The position numbers were made by a program, and so were the translations under genes. The notes under the pieces are model-generated. The model searched no databases and was not told the origin of the DNA. It saw only the letters and a list, made by a program, of their open reading frames with translations. Below are positions 1 to 12,437 of a stretch of 64,000 nucleotides of DNA, one piece after another (position 1 is the stretch's first letter; the number at the start of each line of letters is the position of its first letter). Source of the stretch: Eledone cirrhosa (lineage: Eukaryota); assembly GCA_964016885.1 (NCBI GenBank), contig OZ024754.1, forward strand, positions 46,252,001 through 46,316,000. The letters run 5' to 3'.

Positions 1-629
1 ACAAGTAGAAATAGAACAAACAATTTTTTGTCATAGAAGCCGGAGTGGTTTGATATTAAAGAAGATTGAAATTAGGGTATATACTCGAATATAGACCAAC
101 CCTCTATTTTATATCTGAGAAATAGGCAAAATCTAAATCCTGTTTATAAGTTGAGGCAGTTAATAAACACATTTCATTTAGATGGTGCAGTTTTGACTGG
201 AGAATATATTTCTGAAGAGAAAGGCAGAGCTTGAATGATCTGAAGGAGAAACTGGTTTTAAGAGGAATTAGTATTGGTGTGCAAGAGAGAAGACTGACTG
301 CATTGATACAGGCATGTGATGCTGGTTGCTGGGTGAAGAAGTGCCAAGAAATCCCAGTGGGAGGAAGCCACAGTAGCGGTAAACCAAGGAATACCTAGAC
401 AGAGGTGATGAGAGCTGATCTCAAATCACTGAGACTCACAGAGGCAATGACAAAGGATTGCAATGTGTGGATAGATGCTGTGCTGAGAAGGACCCGTCCA
501 AGCATGATAAAGCAGACATAAAAATGATGATAATGAAACACTTTAAAATAAACGGCTTTGCATAATAGAACCAGGTTTAGTTTCAGGTGGTTTAATATCA
601 AAATGGTTAAAGATCTACTCCTCACATAA

Positions 630-837
630 CCCTTTAGCATTTACATTACTCTATATTTACTATTGTATTTTCATAGTAAAGGCTTTAGCTCACATAATAT
701 CGAATCTATGAGATTTTGATATTATTTATTTTGAGACCAATACCTTAACATCAGTAAGAGCAGCCAGTTACAGCCGGTTTGAACTGAAAGAAGTGAGAGA
801 ATTCTGGCAGGATACAGCCAGTTTAAATGCTAAAGGG
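630..837 (+). mobile_element. piggyBac-type MITE family A, copy 1
   Basis: TIR CCCTTTAGCATTTA...TAAATGCTAAAGGG flanked by ATAA/TTAA; nine related copies in the window. Confidence 0.8.
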
Positions 838-1084
838 TTAAAGTGTAACTACACTAAACTATTCCACACTACATTACTGTTCTGTACTTTTAGTGGTATT
901 TTCCTAAACATTGGTACATATATCGGATAAAAAAGAAAAGTTATGCTATAGCTGTTGAATAAAAGCTGGGCTACTGATCACATGTGGACATGGATTTAAA
1001 TTTCCTATTACGCTCATTGTGTTGTGTTTCTAGACAAAGTTCAGAATTATAACACTGCTTGTTCCAACCAGTGCCTGGTCAACT

Positions 1085-1630
1085 TTAATCTGTCACCTGG
1101 TTGAACACCACCACCTGGGACATAGGTGTCTTTATCAGTGAGGGACCACTCTGTTGTTGAGTTGTAGACTTAATCTGTCACCTATTTTTGTACCAGCATC
1201 TGGGACATGGGTGTCTTTATCAGAAAAGGACTACTTTGTTGAGTGGTAGACTTAATCTGTCACTGGGAAGAGTCCACTGTGTTGTTGGGTGGTAGACTTA
1301 ATCTGTCACTGGGGAGAGTCCACTGTTGTTGGGTGGTAGACTTAATTTGTCGCTGGGGAGAGTCCACTGTTGTTGAGTGGTAGATATAATCTTTCACTAG
1401 GAAGGTCCACTGTGTTGTTGGGTGGTAGACTTAATCTGTCACTAGGGAAGGTCCACTGTGTTGTTGAGTGGTAGATATAATTGTTTCTCCTTTAGACAAA
1501 GGCCAGCAAATACCCAGTGCATTACTGGTACTTTATTTTATCGACCCCATAAGGATGAAAGGCAAAGTCAACCTCGGCGGGATTTGAGTGGTAGATATAA
1601 TGTCACTAGGGAAGGTCCACTGTGTTGTAT
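1085..1630. repeat. About 53-bp minisatellite interrupted by a SINE fragment
   Basis: Unit GTCCACTGTGTTGTTGGGTGGTAGACTTAATCTGTCACTGGG repeated roughly 8 times. Confidence 0.85.
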
Positions 1631-1889
1631 GCATTGAAGCTAGGTTTTGAATCTGAGAATAACTTGGTCCCCTCAGTCATGCTACCCCTTTCCTCACATA
1701 AAATAATCAAAACCGGTTTACTTTGTTTTAAACTGTTTATCATCATTGTTTTAACATCCATCTTTTATGCTAGCATGGGTAGGACCGGCTATCCCTTTGT
1801 GAGAAAATAGGTCAGGGGATCGTGGTTCGCTCACACAACTGATTTTGGCTTGGTTTCTACAGCTGAGTGCCCTTCTTAATGCCAATCAC

Positions 1890-2070
1890 ATTTACAGTGT
1901 GTTGTGGTTGCTTTTTGTTCTGACACCTACACTATCACTTTACAGTGTGAGCTGGGTGTCTTTTGTCGTGACACCTACACTCACTTTACAGTGTGAGCCG
2001 GGTGTCTTTTGTCGTGACACCTACACTATCACTTTACAGTGTGAGCTGGGCTCGTTTGTCATGGCTCCAT
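1890..2070. repeat. About 46-bp tandem repeat within an RTE-tail-derived sequence
   Basis: TTTACAGTGTGAGCTGGGTGTCTTTTGTCGTGACACCTACAC repeated about 4 times. Confidence 0.8.
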
Positions 2071-2265
2071 CATAATTTTATGTAAGAATCTTTAAGTTCC
2101 AACTTGATGAAAAAATAGTCATAATACTAAATAACTCAAAATTCTTGGTTCTTTGAAAACCATTGTCAGTGTATTTCATTAGAAATATTATAACAAACCG
2201 GTTGATAAATTATTTTGGAATGTACCAAAGTTTGTCAAACACCAGGCTAGAAAACTGCTTGGAAG

Positions 2266-2311
<46 letters not shown>

Positions 2312-3430
2312 AATCAAGGCCACAGTTGCTATAATCTTGTTAATGTAGAGTGAAATCTATATAATTATGTTATTGTTTTAAACTACTATAACTCCATTCC
2401 TCTTTCTCTTGTTTAGTTATACATATGGTGGTGGTGCAAGAGGGGAGGGCGTCGTTTGTTTATTTACTCAACTGTTTTTGTTTTTTTTTTGGCTTTTTAA
2501 TTATTTTGATGGGGAGTTTTTTTGTGTTATTTTCTATGCCACCTACCAAACTACACCCCCCCCCCTCTCTCCATCCCAAGATGCTGATGAAAACAGTTGT
2601 AATTCACTTTTCTCTCTCTCTCTCTCCCAAGGTAGAGAGGAAAGATGCTGATGATCAGGGATAGGTAGAATGTAAACAGTTGTAATCCACTTCTCTCTTC
2701 CCCCTCTCTACCCCTCTCACCATCACATCAGCGGAAATAAAATGCTGGGTGAGATGTGGATATTGCAACCATTCTGTTGATGCCATTGCATATTTGTCTC
2801 TTGTTTACACTTGTCTTGTTGATCCCCCCTCTCAGCCAGTGGTGGTGGTGGTGGTGGTTGTGTTGGTGATACCCCCCCCCAACCAGCGGTGGTGGTGGCG
2901 GTTGTTGGTGATACCCCCCCAGCCAGTGGTGGTGGTGGTGGTGGTTGTCTTCTTTGGGTTATGATATTGTTGTGTATGTATGTGGTGGAGGGTGTATAGT
3001 TATTACAGTTGTTTCTCTGCTGATATTGGTGTAGGTGGAGGGGTGGGTATCTGCAGTGGTGGGTATGGTGGTATCTGCAGTGGTGGGGATGGTGGAATCT
3101 GCACTGTATATATGTGCATTTGTTGATAATTTTGCTATATGTGAGTTTATGGCTGATATATGTGTGTGTGCGTGTGTGTGTGTGTGTAACTACACTATAT
3201 ATGTGTATGACTGCTATATATGTGTGTGTATAGCTGCTATATATACATAGGACTAGTGTCCGAAACATTAAGATTCTCTTCCTGCTATTTCAAGCATTAA
3301 ACTAATATATTTCTTCCATGTACTGTGCCGTTTGTTTTGTTATTTCTGTTTACCTTTTACATATATATAAACAATGAGTTATTTGGTTTGTTGGTTATTC
3401 AACAAAGTTAATTTACAACATATATATATA

Positions 3431-3724
3431 TAGTTGTCCCATGAAGATTGAAAAACCGCGAATATTGGACATGGTCCATGAAAATGCCTATAAATGTCAA
3501 AATATAACGTAAAATATAATAATAAAAAAGAGGGAGCATCTTATGCGAATGGCCAGAAAATACGGTATATTGTTAATAATTTAGCTTTAAAAAAATATAT
3601 ATTGCCATGAAAAAAGCCATAAAAAATCTCAGAAGATATTTATGATTCCACGAATAATTTTAGTTAGGTTCTAAAGAAGATTCCACAAATAACTGAGACC
3701 GCAGATGTCAGGGGTTCACTGTAT
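3431..3724. mobile_element. Putative pogo/Tigger-like non-autonomous element
   Basis: Ends GGGGTTCACTG-TA; homologous copy at about 27802-28075. Confidence 0.5.
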
Positions 3725-4375
3725 ATATAGATATATATTTTGTGCTATGGTAAAAACATTTGCCCAAGGTGCCATACAGGGATTGAACCAGGGACCTAAT
3801 GACTGCAAAAGTGAACTTAACCAGTGAACCATACCTACATCTATTATATTTCTTTTACCATAGCACATGGGCAGAGATGGTGAGGGTGGACCTCAGATCG
3901 CTGAAGCTCACAAAGATGACGACGATGGACTGTGACAAGTGGAGAGATGCTGTGCTGAATAGGAATTGTCCCACCCTTGCAAGCAGGGAAAATCGGACGT
4001 AAAATGATGATGATGATGTCTGTGTATATGGATACTTGCATATATAGATGTTTATTCATCATTTCATTTTACGTCCGCTTTATTGTTATTAGAAATATAA
4101 CAGATGTAGGTATGGTTGAATGGTTAAGTTCACTTTTGCAGTCATTAGGTCCCTAGTTCAATTCCAGTATGGCACCTTGGCCAAGTGTTTTTACCATAGC
4201 CTGGAGTCAACTCATGCCTTATATAGAAAATTGGGTAGGCAGAAACTGTGGAAGCCCATCAGATGGAGTGTACCTGTAATTCAAAGGTCCAGACCTTGTC
4301 ACTGATTTGGTTCATGATTTACATTAATACATTTGATATGAAACCACCTGGAACTGCCCCAGATTCTACATTAAA

Positions 4376-4555
4376 CCCTCTAGCATTTACATTACTTTGT
4401 ATTTACTATTATATTTTCATGGTAAACAGTTTATTTCACATAATTATTTTCAGAACAATACTTTAACATAAGTATGAGCAACCAGTTACAGCCTGTTTGA
4501 ACAGAAAGAGGTGAAAGAATTCTGGCCGGATATGGCTTGTTTAAAGGCTAAAGGG
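4376..4555 (+). mobile_element. piggyBac-type MITE family A, copy 2
   Basis: Same TIRs and internal sequence; TTAA flank. Confidence 0.75.
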
Positions 4556-4905
4556 TTAAAGTGTTTAATATCTATTTAGTAAAACTTCCATCATGATTTT
4601 ATGAGAACCTTTATTAAGTTATATTCCAAACACCAGCTTAATAATGAGAAAGTGAGTTATATTTGATGTTTCCATAGAAATATGACAATAAAATGCGCAT
4701 GCATGTCTATGGAATACTCCACCACTTATGGTGATTCATAGACATTCAGTTGATAGAACAACTAAATGTAAGGATACAGTGTACTTATTTTATACCCAAT
4801 ACATCATCATCGTTTAACGTCTATCTTCCATGCTAGCATGGGTTTAGACACGCATATATATATATGTGTGTGTATATATCTCCCACACCTAGCCAAGAAT
4901 TAGAA

Positions 4906-4908
4906 ATG
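4906..4908 (+). CDS. Calmodulin-like gene, probable first coding exon (ATG only)
   Basis: GAAATG|GTAAGT gives an ATG directly followed by a consensus donor. Metazoan calmodulin genes have a phase-0 intron right after the start codon, and the next exon starts in phase 0 with Ala. The exon 5' boundary is unknown. Confidence 0.65.
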
Positions 4909-5252
4909 GTAAGTGATATAACATATGTAATTATTCCATCATAGAATGAAGTTATTTCTGTAAATTATATGTGTGTTTAGGTCCTTTAATTTTAAAGATT
5001 TGATCATAAACCTGTCAGTGTTTGTGTGTATATATGTGTGTGTGTATTTAATGTGTGTCTGTACTGACAATCACACAGGTTTATGTCCAAAGCTGTTCGA
5101 CTAGTCAACTAACTCTAAGTATCTATGTTATCACCTCTGACGTAAGACCAACAAGTGATCAGCCAAGATACCTTATCGCCATCAAGCCACATATTGGCAA
5201 TGTTTCGCTTCTATTCGGCCAATTTTACTGTTTTTGTTGTTGTTGTTTTTTT

Positions 5253-5285
5253 TACACTTTGATCTTAGCCAAAAGGCCGAGAAGC
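5253..5285 (-). pseudogene. Truncated U2 snRNA 5' fragment (retrocopy)
   Basis: Minus strand reads GCTTCTCGGCCTTTTGGCTAAGATCAAAGTGTA, the invertebrate U2 5' end, followed by an A/AAC tail. ACTGTTTT direct repeats flank it at 5227-5234 and 5290-5297. Confidence 0.85.
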
Positions 5286-5599
5286 AGAAACTGTTTTGGG
5301 TTTTTTCTTTCTCTGTAACTACATTTACAGCCAACTAATCAACTGGACATCTGTTCTCAAACCTTGTGTGTGGGAATTGATCATCTGGTTTATCTGCTAT
5401 ATGTGCCTCTATTATATCTGTGCTGCTTCCATCTTTTTTTATGGCCTGATACCTCTGCAGGATTCTAGATGAATTCATTTACAAAAGCAATTTATATATA
5501 AAGAAAAATAATAATTTGCTACCCTGAGCCTAACTTTGGCATAAAGTCACTTAACAGACACACCCCGTCCTCTGGAGAGAGGTGGTCTTATGCCATCTC

Positions 5600-6010
5600 T
5601 TCGCCACTCAGGCATATCTAGCTACCTCATGTCATCTTTACTCAGGCATGTCTACCTCAAGCCATCTCCACTCAGGCATGTCTACCTCAATCCAGCTCCA
5701 CTCAGGCATGTCTACCTCAAGCCAGCTCCACTCAGGCATGTCTACCTCAAGCCAGCTCCACTCAGGCATGTCTACCTCACTCACACAGCTCCATTCAGAC
5801 ACATCTACCTCTATCATCCCAACTCGGGCATATCTACTTCTCTTCCTCATCACCCTTGTTTTATCCAACATCCCAGCCTGTAGCACTGTATATTCCTCTA
5901 GGTCTTAGAGGATCTGTGGAAGCTGTGGCACTGTCCTTTCCTCTGGGTCTTAGAGGATCTGTGGAAGCTGTGGCACTGTCCCTTCCTCTAGGTCTTAGAG
6001 GGCCTGTGAA
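5600..6010. repeat. 30-bp minisatellite followed by a 45-bp minisatellite
   Basis: CTCAGGCATGTCTACCTCAAGCCAGCTCCA about 7 times; GGTCTTAGAGGATCTGTGGAAGCTGTGGCACTGTCC about 2.5 times. Confidence 0.85.
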
Positions 6011-6662
6011 AACCCCTTCCATCATTCCTGCCAAATATTTAAAAAAAAGATGAATTGTTGTAGCTGAATTCTCTAGATCTGACATTTCTGTGAGATTTCT
6101 GTTGTATATTATGTTTATGTATATACTATATACACATTTACAAGCCTGAATATTAGCTGTGAGCACATTAGAAAGTGATATGAGTATGGTTTTGTTTGGC
6201 TGTAGTTAGTTAACCTTGCTTTAGCAGACCTTCCTTATCATTAAAGACATTCCACTCATGTATGACCGTCATATTTTTTCTAAACCCCCCCAATATATAA
6301 GGAATCCATGATTACATTATCTCACTTTTTTTTTTTTAAGGATGTGATTTGAGGTAGTTGTTTCTACTAGATCAAGCCACCATGTAGAGGCTCATCTGTT
6401 ATTAAATGGGTGTAGATATTGCCTAAGAATCCATCCCACCCAGCACCAACAAACTAAACAAATAGTAAATAATTTGTTTCTGGTACTTTATTTTATTGAA
6501 TCTGGAGAGTTGAAAGGCAAAATTGTTAATACAGAACTTTTAATATATTTTTTAATTACTTCACATTTGTCAACTATTTGTGTAGTTTTCTATTGGTCGG
6601 CTGTAAATTTAATGGCTATTACATGCCCCATATAGTGTGTCAGTTAGGTAGAAGTAGTTTAA

Positions 6663-6881
6663 CCCTTTAGCATTTACATTACTCAATATTTACTATTGTA
6701 TTTTCATGGTAAACACTTTATCTCACATAATTATTTCACGAAACATTGAATCTACGAGATTTTGAGATTGTATTTTGAAAACAATACCTTAACATAAGTA
6801 TGAGTGGCCAGTTACAGCTGGTTTAAACAGAAAGAGGTGAGAGAATTCTGGCCGGATATGGCCAGTTTAAGTGCTAAATGG
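6663..6881 (+). mobile_element. piggyBac-type MITE family A, copy 3
   Basis: TTAA-CCCTTTAGCATTTAC start with the family internal sequence. Confidence 0.75.
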
Positions 6882-7032
6882 TTACGGTAAGAGAATAAAT
6901 GGGCATATTTTGTCATGGTTAATATGAGTTAAATAACTGCTGTCAATATTTTTATTATCATGGTTTATTCCACTCTTTGATTAAGCACCAAGCTTCGTCT
7001 TTTTTATTTTCATTGTTCAACATATATATATA

Positions 7033-7407
7033 CTAGCCAAATTACTGGCGTTTTGCTGCGTTTCTCACATTCTTTTTGTAAGAAAATGGTGATTGATTTT
7101 AAATCAATGATATAATTTATGGAGAAAAACTTCAATAGGGTGTCTTAATATTATTGAAATTTTATGAATAGGCATCATATCTTTTCATTTACTTATGGTT
7201 TAAATTTCATATAAATCGAAGGGAAAAAATTTTCAGCGGGGTTTTGTGCCTCCGGGGAACCCTTTGATTAAAATGAAATATACTTATCCAAGTACCCTGG
7301 ACAATGTAGTTTCAGAATATATATGGTTATGGGGGTCTATCTCCAAAACCATAGGAGGAGTTTGTGAACAAACAAACAGATAGGAACTACAACTTTATAT
7401 ATATAGA
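7033..7407 (-). mobile_element. Non-autonomous Helitron
   Basis: Minus strand: A|TCTATATATATAAAG...CTAG|T termini with a degenerate subterminal hairpin and no TSD. Confidence 0.65.
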
Positions 7408-7543
7408 TGATTGATATATATATATATATACTCTATAACAGATTATATATATAGTTTAGGGATAGTAACTTCAAGTTATTGTTGGTTCACCAAAGTGAGC
7501 ACTCGATGTGTAGTATGTAATATTAATAAGTATGGAGGAGGTG

Positions 7544-7578
<35 letters not shown>

Positions 7579-7700
7579 GCTGTACACGAATCATTTTGAT
7601 ATTAAGCTAACAGAAGTCTGATTCCAGAGTTTAGTCCTATTGAGCTGATCAATCGCAAAACGTGTATCACAATGAAAATTTGACACCTCATCCATACTAT

Positions 7701-7732
<32 letters not shown>

Positions 7733-8896
7733 TAAAATAACAGATTAAATTTTAAGCAAAGATTCGCTGCTATCACCCTTAAACTTTGCTTAAACTTTAA
7801 TCTGTTATTTTAATAAATATTTGCTCTAGGGTTCTTACATATTTGATATATATTTATCCTTATCGAGTCCTCTTTGGATTTTAGTCTTCACATTTATTAT
7901 TATTACTATATATATATATACATACATACACACACAGGTAAAATTCCAATATAACAAATACCATTATAAAGAATTTTTTAGTATGACAAAATTTTTCAAT
8001 CCCTGGCTATATTCCCAATGTGTTAGGTAAATCTCGTTATAAAGAAATGTTCATTATAACAGAATTTCACTATGTGTGTGTGTGTATATATATATATATA
8101 TAAACAGAACCACCAATGAATTTGCTAAACTCAAATATTATAAACATAAAAGGGAGTGTGACTTATATACAAACATATGGTACCATCACAAATGGATTAA
8201 AGCAACTGGAGGGCCTGGGTTTGAGAATATTTTGGTTGCGCCAGCAGCTGCTCAGAAGAAACTCAAATGAAATTAAAAGTGCATAAATGTAGGCCTACTC
8301 ATCTCCAGTATCAATCTTTGCTGAACTAAAATAGGTGATACCAACATTTTTTTTTTTTTTAAATATATTTAATAACAATTTCATATTCAAATTTTAAACA
8401 AAAGAAATGTCATTCTTCATAGCTATATTTTACTATATATTTAAAACAGGATTGGAGCCCTCGGACTAAAAGGCACTAGACAATGTTGCACCAAACTAAG
8501 AACCTCTGTGTTATAGGGCACTGGGCTACAAGGTTTTCGTTTATAATATGCTGGGTTACAAGACACTGGATTACAGCCCACTTAATTCCTATGCGGCACC
8601 AAACTAAGAGGCTAAGTGCTACAAGACACTGGACTATAAAACGTTGGTCTATGATACACTTAGCTCTTATGTGGCACCATCAAACTAAGAGGCTCTGTGC
8701 TATAGGGCTCTTGTCTATAATATACTGTGTTACAAGACACTGGAGTATGATACACTGGAATACAATTCACTTAACTCCTAATCTCGGACTAGATAACATA
8801 AGCCACATTTCACTCCACTCTACATCCATTACAAACTATTGCTGTATAAATATTCTTTCCTCAGTATTTATAGCTAACTTTTCTCTCTGTCTTTAG

Positions 8897-8927
8897 GCTG
8901 AATACCTATCAGAAGAGAAGATTGGTT
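8897..8927 (+). CDS. Calmodulin-like gene, coding exon 2 (AEYLSEEKIG)
   Basis: Polypyrimidine tract + TTTAG acceptor and GTAAGT donor. The 31-nt length equals calmodulin exon 2, and the peptide aligns to ADQLTEEQIA. Confidence 0.88.
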
Positions 8928-10107
8928 GTAAGTGAACTTCTTCTTGCTGATGATCATCATGAAGATAATACTATTTATTTTAACCTTTCATTTCTTCACA
9001 CATCTTTTTCTCTGCACTTCTCTTGTCTTTATTTGCTTGCTGTACTAAATAACACCCTGATCCCTTGTTCCCCAACAATTTCGTACTAATGCCACTCTTG
9101 GCACCTCTTGTCCCCTACCAACTTAACAAACCCTTCTCTTGGACAACTGTTGTTTTTCTAGACGAGCTGCCATCCCCTACTCTCCTTTGTCTCTATTTCA
9201 TTAAGACTAAAGCTAAATAAATCTATAAATTTCTGTGATTCTGTCACATGTAAAGAGAGAGGAATAGTTTGAGTACCTCATACTACTCCTCTCTCTTAAT
9301 GTCTGCTGCCTGGGTGAATGTATGTGTGTGTAAAAGGAAAGAAGGGGGTGGTGAAAAAACTATATCAAAATAGTAGCTGCCGTTCTATTTGTTTTGTTCT
9401 GTATGTGTTTGTGTAAATGTATGTCTGAGTGTATTTTTGTAAGTGTGTCTGTATTTGCATGTTTATATTTATATACTCATACATATAAATGTATGCATAT
9501 GCACACATATATGCGTCATGTTGAAAACAATCCTAGTAACATAAAAAATATAAGATGCAGGGCCAAGGTTTCTTATAGGAATTGCAGTGGGGGGGGTGCT
9601 GTTTTGATAGGTTGTGTTGTTTAATTGTTGACTATTCCAGCTTTACCTCTTGTTTTATTTGCTGTTTCCAATAGTACTGTATTATTTCTTTTAAGACAGA
9701 TAGGGTGTGATTTGAGGGAGATTTTAACTGTTGTTTCTAGCATGTAAAGCAACCATGTTACAGCTTCCTCGTTGGCTGACCTGCCATTGACTATCTGAGA
9801 TGTAATTCACTTCTCTATTCTGCCACTAATGAAGTGAAACAACCACACCCAGGATGTGTTTCCAGCATGCTCACTTCCATCCCTATACTTCTTTGACTTC
9901 TTTCACTCTTGCATGTTGTCAGCTGCATGAAAACGTCTGTGTGTGATTTACTTTAACTATTTTTCATGCTCATTATAGTGTATGTGTGTATATATATATA
10001 TATGTATATATATGTATATATATATATAGAGAGAGAGAGAAACAGTATTTTGTACATATATATATATTATATATATATATATTATTTGGGAAAAATATAT
10101 ACTTTAA

Positions 10108-10266
10108 CCCTTTAGCATTTACATTACTCTATATTTACTATTATATTTTCACAGTAAACACTTTATTTTATATAATTATTTGAGAACAATACCTTAACAT
10201 CAGTATGAGCAACCAGTTTAAACAGAAAGAGGTGAGAAAATTCTGACCAGTTTAAATGCTAATGGG
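10108..10266 (+). mobile_element. piggyBac-type MITE family A, copy 4
   Basis: TTAA on both sides, TIRs present, internally shortened. Confidence 0.75.
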
Positions 10267-10501
10267 TTAAGGTGGAAAAGTTATTATTTTCCTTATGGGG
10301 GAGCTGTTTCATAGTTTGGAAGCCAAAGCGAAAATCGATCTAAGTAATCAATTATTGATTACCAACTATTGATTTTGGTAGAGCTATAGAAGACACAAAA
10401 CTAATCAGAGGAAATTGTAAAGTATATAGTTTCCCAAATATATGCTTTATATATAGATGTACAAAATATTGTGTGTCTCAAACAATATATGGCTCTCTCT
10501 C

Positions 10502-10534
<33 letters not shown>

Positions 10535-10729
10535 TTAATTTGAATTATTGATGCTCTGGACAAACGGCCATTGAACTTTTCTGCTGAGAAACTTATTCAT
10601 CATACATATATATGTTATAGTGGCCCTTTGATGTACATCAACTGGAGGAAACAGGTAGTATGCATACATGTGTTTATTCATCTGTATATATATATATATA
10701 CATACAATGTATATATATAAACCGGGTAG

Positions 10730-10995
10730 CTTTTATCATGTCACCAGCACAACCCTACCTTACAGGGTGGATTGTGTGCTTTTTAACATGGCACCAAAAC
10801 AACCACCTTACAAAGTAAATTGGGTTGTTTTTGTCATGTTACCAGCACAACCACCTTACAGGGTGGACAAGGTGCTTTTTGTCATGTCACCAGCACAATC
10901 ACCTTACAGGGTGAATTATGAGCTACCGTTTGTCATCTGAACAGTATGGCCACCTTACAGAATGGTCTGGATGCTTTTGTTGTTGTACCAGATTG
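10730..10995. repeat. Degenerate tandem repeat of about 45-50 bp
   Basis: CACCTTACAGGGTG...TTTTGTCATGTCACCAGCACAA repeated about 5 times. Confidence 0.7.
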
Positions 10996-12229
10996 TCATA
11001 CAGGCTGGTGAATGTGTTTATATATAACATCTGATCAACTGAAATCCTTACAGTGCCCCAATATGGTCGTATTCCAATGACTAAAACCAGTAAGATAGAA
11101 GATACAAATTGAAGAATAAAAAAGAAAATACACATACAGGTGCAAATATATAATGTAGATAGAAACATCATGTACAAGTACACTTTTTTCTCTCTCTCTC
11201 CTCAACCCCCATACAACATTCTCTCACTCTTCCACTCGTGCCCCATGTCATGTCTTATCAGCCAGAATATCTTGTTCTGTTGGCATGTGCTTCACACTTC
11301 TCTTATCTATAATAATGGTTCCTCTGTGATGTTGTGGAGGGAAGCCCCCTTTCTGCCATATTTACAGCTTACTCTGCTTAAACGCCACAACTTCAAAACA
11401 CTAAAACTGCTTAACATTAGATCTATGTCAAATTGATCAGTTAATCTATTTCTAATTTTTATTTCGTGCTCCTGTCGGCAGGCTGAGGCCATGCTGGGGC
11501 ACCGCCATTGTATACATTTTATTTTATCTTTTCTTTCAGTTTCATGTGAGGAGGGGATGGCAGTCTAATTTTGAGTAAAATGTCACAATTGACACCTAGG
11601 TAGGTTTAGCTGGCCTCCATGTTTTAATGGGAGGAGCCAAAGTCTTATGTTGTTACATCTCACACCTATGTAGGTTTAGCTGACCTCTGCTTTTAGTATT
11701 TATGATGACACAAAGTTTAACCCATTTTATTCCTACAATTCTAGTGAAAGACACTGCCTATGATTTTCAAATTATTTTTATCTTTTGATAGATTTAGTAA
11801 ATTCATCATCATCATTTAACATGTGTCTTCCCTGCTAACATGGTTTGGATGGGTTGTCGCAGACCTAGTCGGTACTTAATGGTGTTACTGATCTCATACA
11901 AGGAGATGAGGCTTATCTCGCTTATATACATTCCCACACTGTCAGAAACTCAGGCAGCTGGGGCTATACATCTTACTTATATACATTCCCACACTCTGTC
12001 AAATGTCAAGAAGCTGGGCCCCACATGTTACTTTCATATGTTCCTACACTCTACCAAGTGTTAAGATAGACCTGGGGTCCACAAGTGCATTTTATCATAG
12101 CACCAACACTAGGGAAGTTATTATGTCTTTGACACAGCTGAAGAATTCCTCTGACAGTTTGTTTTTCAAGGTTTCTTATAGCTGGATTCCCTTCTGAGCA
12201 CCAACATAACTTAGATTTTTCATTTTTAA

Positions 12230-12437
12230 CACTTTAGCATTTAAATCGGCCGTATCCGTCCCTAATTCTCTCACCTATTTCTTTTCAGACCGGCCATAAC
12301 TAGCTGCTCATATTTATGTTAGGGTATTGTTTACAAAATAAATAATATCAAATTCTCATAGATTCGATATTATAAGAGATAAATCCTTTACCGTAAAAAC
12401 ATAATAGTAAATATAGAGTAATGTAAATGCTAAAGGG
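12230..12437 (-). mobile_element. piggyBac-type MITE family A, copy 5 (inverted)
   Basis: Reverse complement of family A; TTAA on both sides. Confidence 0.75.

Noticed and set aside
1085-1630. Regularly spaced repeats resembling a CRISPR array
   Set aside because: The units are contiguous with no unique spacers, there are no cas genes and the context is eukaryotic, so this is a minisatellite.
5582-5908. Repetitive ORF (HSGMSTSSQL)n
   Set aside because: Product of a 30-bp minisatellite that is open in several frames, with no splice or homology support.
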